This document shows, piece by piece, positions 57,656 to 64,000 of a stretch of DNA of 64,000 nt (its first letter is position 1; every line of letters starts with the position of its first letter). Below the pieces are notes generated by a model. It had not been told where the DNA came from. It worked only from the letters and a program-made list of their open reading frames with translations, and did no database searches. A program made the position numbers and the translations under genes. The stretch lies in the NCBI RefSeq assembly GCF_009914755.1, contig NC_060932.1. One strand, given 5' to 3'. The stretch comes from the human T2T-CHM13v2.0 reference genome, Homo sapiens.

Positions 57656-60600
57656 TCTCAGCAAAATTCAGACCCAGAGTTGGAAGGCAGCCAGTTAGTT
57701 TTTGCTTTTTGACAAAATAGTAACAGGTAAATTTAGATAATGAAGGTTACCAAATGCTTGTAGGAGGATGGAGAGGCAGAAAAGGCTGGTGAGCAGTGTT
57801 AGAAGTCATTTAGCAGATGCTAAAAAAACAAATATGAGATATAGAAATAGAAAGTGCTTTTTATGTTTTTGATCTCCCTTCAAGTCCTGATTTCTTTCCT
57901 GGAATTTTGGGATAAACATTTTCTAATGTATGTGTGTTCACTGTATTCTCTTAAACAACAGACTATTTTATTAAATGCACTGAAAACGACCTTAACATTC
58001 TAGTGTTTTCAACTATAGTTGACATATTTTCACACACACACACATATATATCTGGAATATATAAAAGTAATTATATATACAACCTGGACTATAGGTTATT
58101 TCAAATGGAAATGTCAGCAATTCAAACTTAAAGATGCTACTAAATTTTCTCATTTTTCTTTTTACCTTCATCTCTCCCTTTGTAACTACAATCCCTTTGC
58201 CCTAAATGGTAATGCCTTTATTCAGCCCAATAGAAGAAAATTTATGGCCATTTTCATATTAAGAGAGTGGCCTGAATGTTTTCATAGAAGGTCAGAGAGA
58301 GGTGATGAAGCTGCAGATCTGTATCAGAAAAAAAGAACCCACTTCCAGGATTACTAGCAACTGGCTGCATACATTTTGCAAATAATAGTTGTGGAAACAT
58401 TGTCTGAAATATAAAACTTATAAAGAGTGTACTTAAAGAGAAGTTGTAGCAAGGTCAAACAACAACAACAGAGTTTAGTATTTTCTGCAATTAATAGAAA
58501 AACAGATATCATCTATGTTTCCACTACTCTTCTATAACCGCATCACATAAAAATGGAAAGAAGTGACATTTAAGATGGATTCACCTAAAATACAGCTTCT
58601 GTGTACAATATACAAAGCTAATTTGGGTGCCCTGATAGAGGTGGCTTCCCAACAAGTTAGGAATATGGAGACTTTTACATGGGGGATTGAAGACATTTAC
58701 AGGCATATTAGAAGAAAAAGCATGTAGAGGGTCATGTCTAACAGAAATGACTTTAATTCATGCCATTTTCCAGTAGGATTTCAAGGAAGGAGATTGCCGT
58801 AGAATTGTGAACATGCCCTTCTTATATATATATATATGTTATGATTCAAAGAAAAATAAATCCAACATATGAATGCCCTGTCTTTTGGGTAAAATGTAGG
58901 AGGCAGCAATTCCTAGTAGAGCTAATGAGGCTAACATAAAAGGGCATGTAGATTGTTACAAAATGGAAAGCTCTTCTGCTATCCTGCAAAGGAAGCTGGC
59001 ATATAACCTCAGCTGGGTTTGTTCAAGAGAGGAAGATTTTTCCCTGCTTATGTTGTACCCTCCAATGTTCCTGTAATGACTCATCAAGTTCAGTGACAAA
59101 ACAGTAGAAGGAAAGGTTTAAAGGCTTCCAATTCAACCTCACTAAAGGACACAGGAAGAACATATACCAATTTTTAGAATTTTGTTATTTGTCTCCCTGA
59201 GCTGGAATCTGTTTCTGGACTCCCATTTCCCTTCCCATCATTTTTAATCTGAGCTCCAATTTTCCTTCTCATCAGTTTTAACCTCTAAACAGGTGACTTA
59301 TGCTACTTTTAAATTGTAAATCTGCCTTTTCTACCCTGGTAAATCCTGATGGTCTTGAGGTCTCCCCCTTTATTTTTTTCTTTCTGGTCCACTTTACAGA
59401 CTAAGCAAATACTTGTTGAATAAATTGGTAATTTCACAGGAGGAAAAAAGCATAGGCAGTTATCTTGCACAGTAGCTGAAAATAATTCTAGGGCATGCTT
59501 ATCAGGATCTGACTTAAGACAGACTTTATGTGACGTATACAAAATGAAGTTTCTGGAAAACTTGGAAGCACTTCACAAAGTAGACATTTGTCATCTAGGG
59601 TAGTCAACTGCCTGTGAGAGGTTCTTGTAACATACTACATGCATTAGATGGCTGTGATTCTGAATTTCAGATACTGATGTGTTTAGGCTGCCTCAGACAG
59701 GGACAACTCTCGTTAGAATACTACCGAGGGAACTGTAATAGAAATTTACTTTACTTAATGATGGCTACCTATCTCCCAAGTCCCAAGTCATACTCATTAG
59801 AAATAAGTATCTTGAGTGCAAAGCTAGCATTCTAGTTCAGAACCAGAACACAGGAGCTATACAGAACTAGCCTACTTAGTTATATCTCTATATAAGCTAT
59901 ATATCTATTTATATTTTTAGTATTTTTTCATTACAAAAAAAGTGTTTTAAGACATCTCAGGCTAAACTAGAATAAAGACAATTAAGTGTTTCACAAGTTT
60001 ATTGTAATGAGAAACTCACTATATGTCATTCAGTATTTATTATATATATTTTATTTGTAAGTGTGTCTATGTTTACTATTTCTACGTTACTCTATTTTTA
60101 ATAGAAAATACATTTCTCAATGCTTTTTAATTGCTTTGATTAATAAGTATATAATAGTGCCATCCAAATATTAACATTCATTACAGCTAATATATAAACC
60201 TGAACTGATTGGGACACACTAGAATGTCTATACCATGTGACGACACTGTCCATATTGTTGTAATTAGGTTATACGTGTCTGCTCATACTACCTATTTTGA
60301 TATATGATAATTTGTTAATGGGATGAAAGCTCATAGAACTTATGAATTTTATATATTAGCAAACAAATATTGGATGAAAGTTATGAAAGCCAGTTTCAAA
60401 AACAATTGTAATTATTTTAGAAAATGTGTTTAAACATTTTGAAGTGTTTTCAGCTAAAATGCTTCCAAAACTTTGTTTTCCATTTAACATTTATTAAGTA
60501 TCTAAGTCAGATTAACTTTCAATTTAATGTTTTTATTAATTAAAGATCTCTAGGAAGCTTTCTATTATGAAGCTGTTTAGCTGCTTAGGAATCAATGGAT

Positions 60601-60903
60601 ATGGTTAAGTATAAGGAAGAGGTACATGTATCTATCGTTTTCTACATGTTAAACTTTTCATATCTGCTCACCATTTTCCTCTTTATCTAAAATATGCTAC
60701 CAGCAGTGATGAGATATATGGTATACATAACACATTTATAAAGAATCTTAGCTTTGGGAATATACTCTAATGTTTTCAAATAATGATATTACTGGGTTCT
60801 ATTGGTAGTTAAGAAAAAAGTTTACTTATGTCATATACATGGCTGTAACTGGATAATTATAAACATTAACATTTCTCAGAATAGGATTAATTATAGGATT
60901 ATT

Positions 60904-61237
<334 letters not shown>

Positions 61238-62619
61238 TCATCTTCACATTACAAACAAGGTTTTAGCTAATGTAATGTTATTTTAATCATATCATGCAAC
61301 ATTGTCAGTAATGTAGATGTGATTATAGTTCATTTTTTCTTCTCCAATTATGGATGATATCAACAATAATAATTCTCTGGAGAGAAAAATGAAGCCTTCT
61401 CAAAGTATGAAGTGGTAGTTGTCATTTAACTTTTCGACTAAGTAGTGGGGTGGAATATAATGTTTAATAACCAGTTATATAGATTTAAATTTTTCTCAAA
61501 TGATGATGCAATTGAGTGACAGCCCTGACTTTCATCAGAGTCAATTTTTGCCCCATCCTTGTTTCAGAGATAGCTCTTTCTGTATGCAATGCTAATTTCC
61601 TAATTAAATATTATGAGGACAAAATTGTGGTGAAGTAAAAATTGCACAGTATTTAGAACTCCAATATCTGAAATACAACTCAGTTTTGTGATTTTTCTAA
61701 CAAATCCAAATATTTCTAAGCCATAGCTTCTTGCTTTGTAATATTGGGGATGCTGGGGCTTACTTTACCTGTTTGCTTTGGTTCTCAAGTAAAATATTAT
61801 CAATTTATCAATTCATAATTTTTTTCTTTATTTTAAATTAGCTTATTCAATCTATGTTTACTGAATACCTATATTGTAACAAGCACCATATGAAGTTCTA
61901 GGAAAACTAATATGAGACATCTACTGAATAACCTAATACTAATTAATATTATAAATTCATAATCTTAGAGGTTATATATTAAAAGGCCTAATTTTTTCCC
62001 ACTTAGGGCAATGGAGAGCATACCACTATCATTAAATGGATTATCCTATGGTTGATATAATGTAACCCAAAAATTTAAACTAATTGTATTTCTCTGGCTG
62101 TAAAAAAAAAAATAGAAAATAAAATCACCTGAGAATTCCACGAAATACTTTCTGCTCTCTTATAATGTGTCAAAGAGTTTAGTGAAAGATTTTTAATGCA
62201 CTTGAGATTTTGTTAAACAAATTTGTAACAATTGGGCAGCCATCCCACAAAAAGAAATTGGAATTAATATATAAAAATGGTATTCATCCTTTTTATGGTT
62301 TTCTAGATGGGGTTTGCGTATAAATTACATTAAAAGTTGATGCCTATTCATTTAAAAGCCAATATTCTAAAAGGTTCCACTATATATTAGAAATAGTAAG
62401 TATGGTGTATTATAGCATCATCATGATGGAGATAGAAAATGTCATTTATTATGGTAATAAGTCAAATAATAACATATAACCTATGTTGGAGCTTGAGGAT
62501 TAAAATATATTTTACATCAATTTAAAACAGTAAAATCCAGACATTTAAAGTTTATGCTAAACTAAGATAGAGAATTAACCTCACTAAGAATAAAGTGCAA
62601 AGTCTTGTCAGGAGTTCAG

Positions 62620-63560
62620 TAGAGCTAAGAGAGTTGAGCTGCCAGTTGTTGAAGTTGCCAATTGAGCAAGCCAGAATGAAAGTAACAGTCAAGCTTTTAA
62701 TCACTTACTGTATTAGTACAAGTGATAGCAAAAGAGGCCAAACCAAAGAAAGTGCCGACTTCTCCCCCTTCCAGTTCCCCACAACCCAGAACAGCATGAA
62801 GTCAAGGGTCAGGTGGATGAGCACAGTGGAAAAGTACTGAGTATACGGGCATACCCTGGAGATAGTGTAGGTTTGGTTTAGACTACTGCAGTGCAGGTTT
62901 GGTTTAGACTACTGCAATGAAGTGAATATCCCAATAAAGCAAGTCAGACAATTTTTGTAGTTTCCCAGTGCATATAAAAGTTATTATGTATTCACTATGC
63001 CATAGTTTATTAATGTGTAATAGCATTATGTCTAAAAATGTATACATGCGTATTTTTAAAATATTGTTTAAAAAACTGACACAGAGACATGAGCATGTGC
63101 TATTGGAAAATAGCACCAATGTAGGCTTGCCACAAAAACCTTCAATTTGTAAAAAACACAATATCTTCAAAGCACAATAAAGCAAAGCATAATAAAGCAA
63201 AGCACAATAAAATGAGATGTGCTTGTACTGTCAGGGTGGAGGCAATTTCAAGTTTCCCTCTCTCACCCAGTAATAAGGTCTCCTCAGGGGCTCCCAAGGA
63301 AGGCCGTGGCCAGCAGAAAGCTCCAGATACAAAGCCTTCTGAACCCGGCTCCTAGGTTAGGAATGCAAATATGTGTAAAAGGAAGGGCAACCAGGGACAC
63401 CCGAGTCCTTGACTGCAACTTCCTTCTGAGACTACAAAGCATTGGCTGAATCCTTTGGGGTGGGAAGGGCCAGTTCCCTCAAGAGCCCTGCCAGGTAAAG
63501 CCTTTGTAATTGTCTGTTTGAGCTGGAAAAAATCACATATAGGTTTATTCAAGCAAGGGC
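62620..63560 (-). mobile_element. Probable old ERVL-class LTR interrupted by Tigger1
   Basis: GC-richer LTR-like sequence on both sides of the Tigger; family not recognised with certainty. Confidence 0.35.
62846..63225 (-). mobile_element. Internally deleted Tigger1
   Basis: TIRs cgggcatacc...gatgtgcttg with TA on both sides; both Tigger1 ends present, transposase absent. Confidence 0.85.
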
Positions 63561-63640
63561 TGCTCAATACTGTTTAATCCCTGGAGTCCTAGAGATTCAT
63601 ACATGTCACTGAGACTCCTTGCTTATATTTATACATACCA

Positions 63641-64000
63641 TGCTATGGTTTGAACTTTTGTGTCTTCTCTGAAATATATGTTGAAACTTAAATCTTCAGT
63701 GCAACAGTATTAAGACATGGGGCATGCAGGGGAGTAATTAGGCCATGAGGGCTCTGCCCTCCTAAATGGGATTAGTGTCTAATAAAAGGCTTGAGGGAAC
63801 TAGCTAGGCCTCTTTTGTCATTCCGTCCCATCTGCCATGTGAGGATAACATGTCCAAAGCATCGTCTTAGAAGCAGAGACCAGGCTATCACCAGAAACCA
63901 AAGCTACTGGCACCTTGATCTTGGACTTCCCAGCCTCCAGAATGGTGAGAAATATGTTTCTATTATATATAAATTACAGTCTCTGGTAACTTGTTATAGC
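63641..64000 (+). mobile_element. MST-family (MSTC-like) MaLR LTR, running off the window end
   Basis: tgctatggtttgaac...ggccatgagggctctgccctc...ggcaccttgatcttggacttcccagcctccagaa. Confidence 0.88.

Overview
AT-rich primate (human-like) non-genic or intronic DNA dominated by transposable elements. I found no host protein-coding gene, RNA gene or CpG island. The largest elements are a 5'-truncated L1PA2-like LINE-1 on the minus strand (21281-26309), a composite old/young L1 containing a MER50 solo LTR (29105-33400), and a two-LTR HERV-L/MLT2A provirus on the minus strand (48992-56220) with decayed gag/pro/pol/dUTPase. Alus, MaLR LTRs, Tiggers, MIR/L2 and old L1s make up much of the rest. The most notable observations are: (i) a templated inverted insertion flanked by a direct duplication at 19-20.4 kb; (ii) a TSD-less L1 whose flanks rejoin into a perfect palindromic target; (iii) a tail-less L1 fragment captured inside the HERV-L dUTPase; (iv) a candidate spliced non-coding transcript starting in the MLT2A LTR; (v) a degenerate ~400-bp inverted repeat at 58.7-59.1 kb. 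These are fossil rearrangements and testable hypotheses, not evidence of a new biological system. Repeat subfamily names come from my recall of consensus sequences and need RepeatMasker/Dfam confirmation. Boundaries of old repeats are approximate, and all identity counts are manual.
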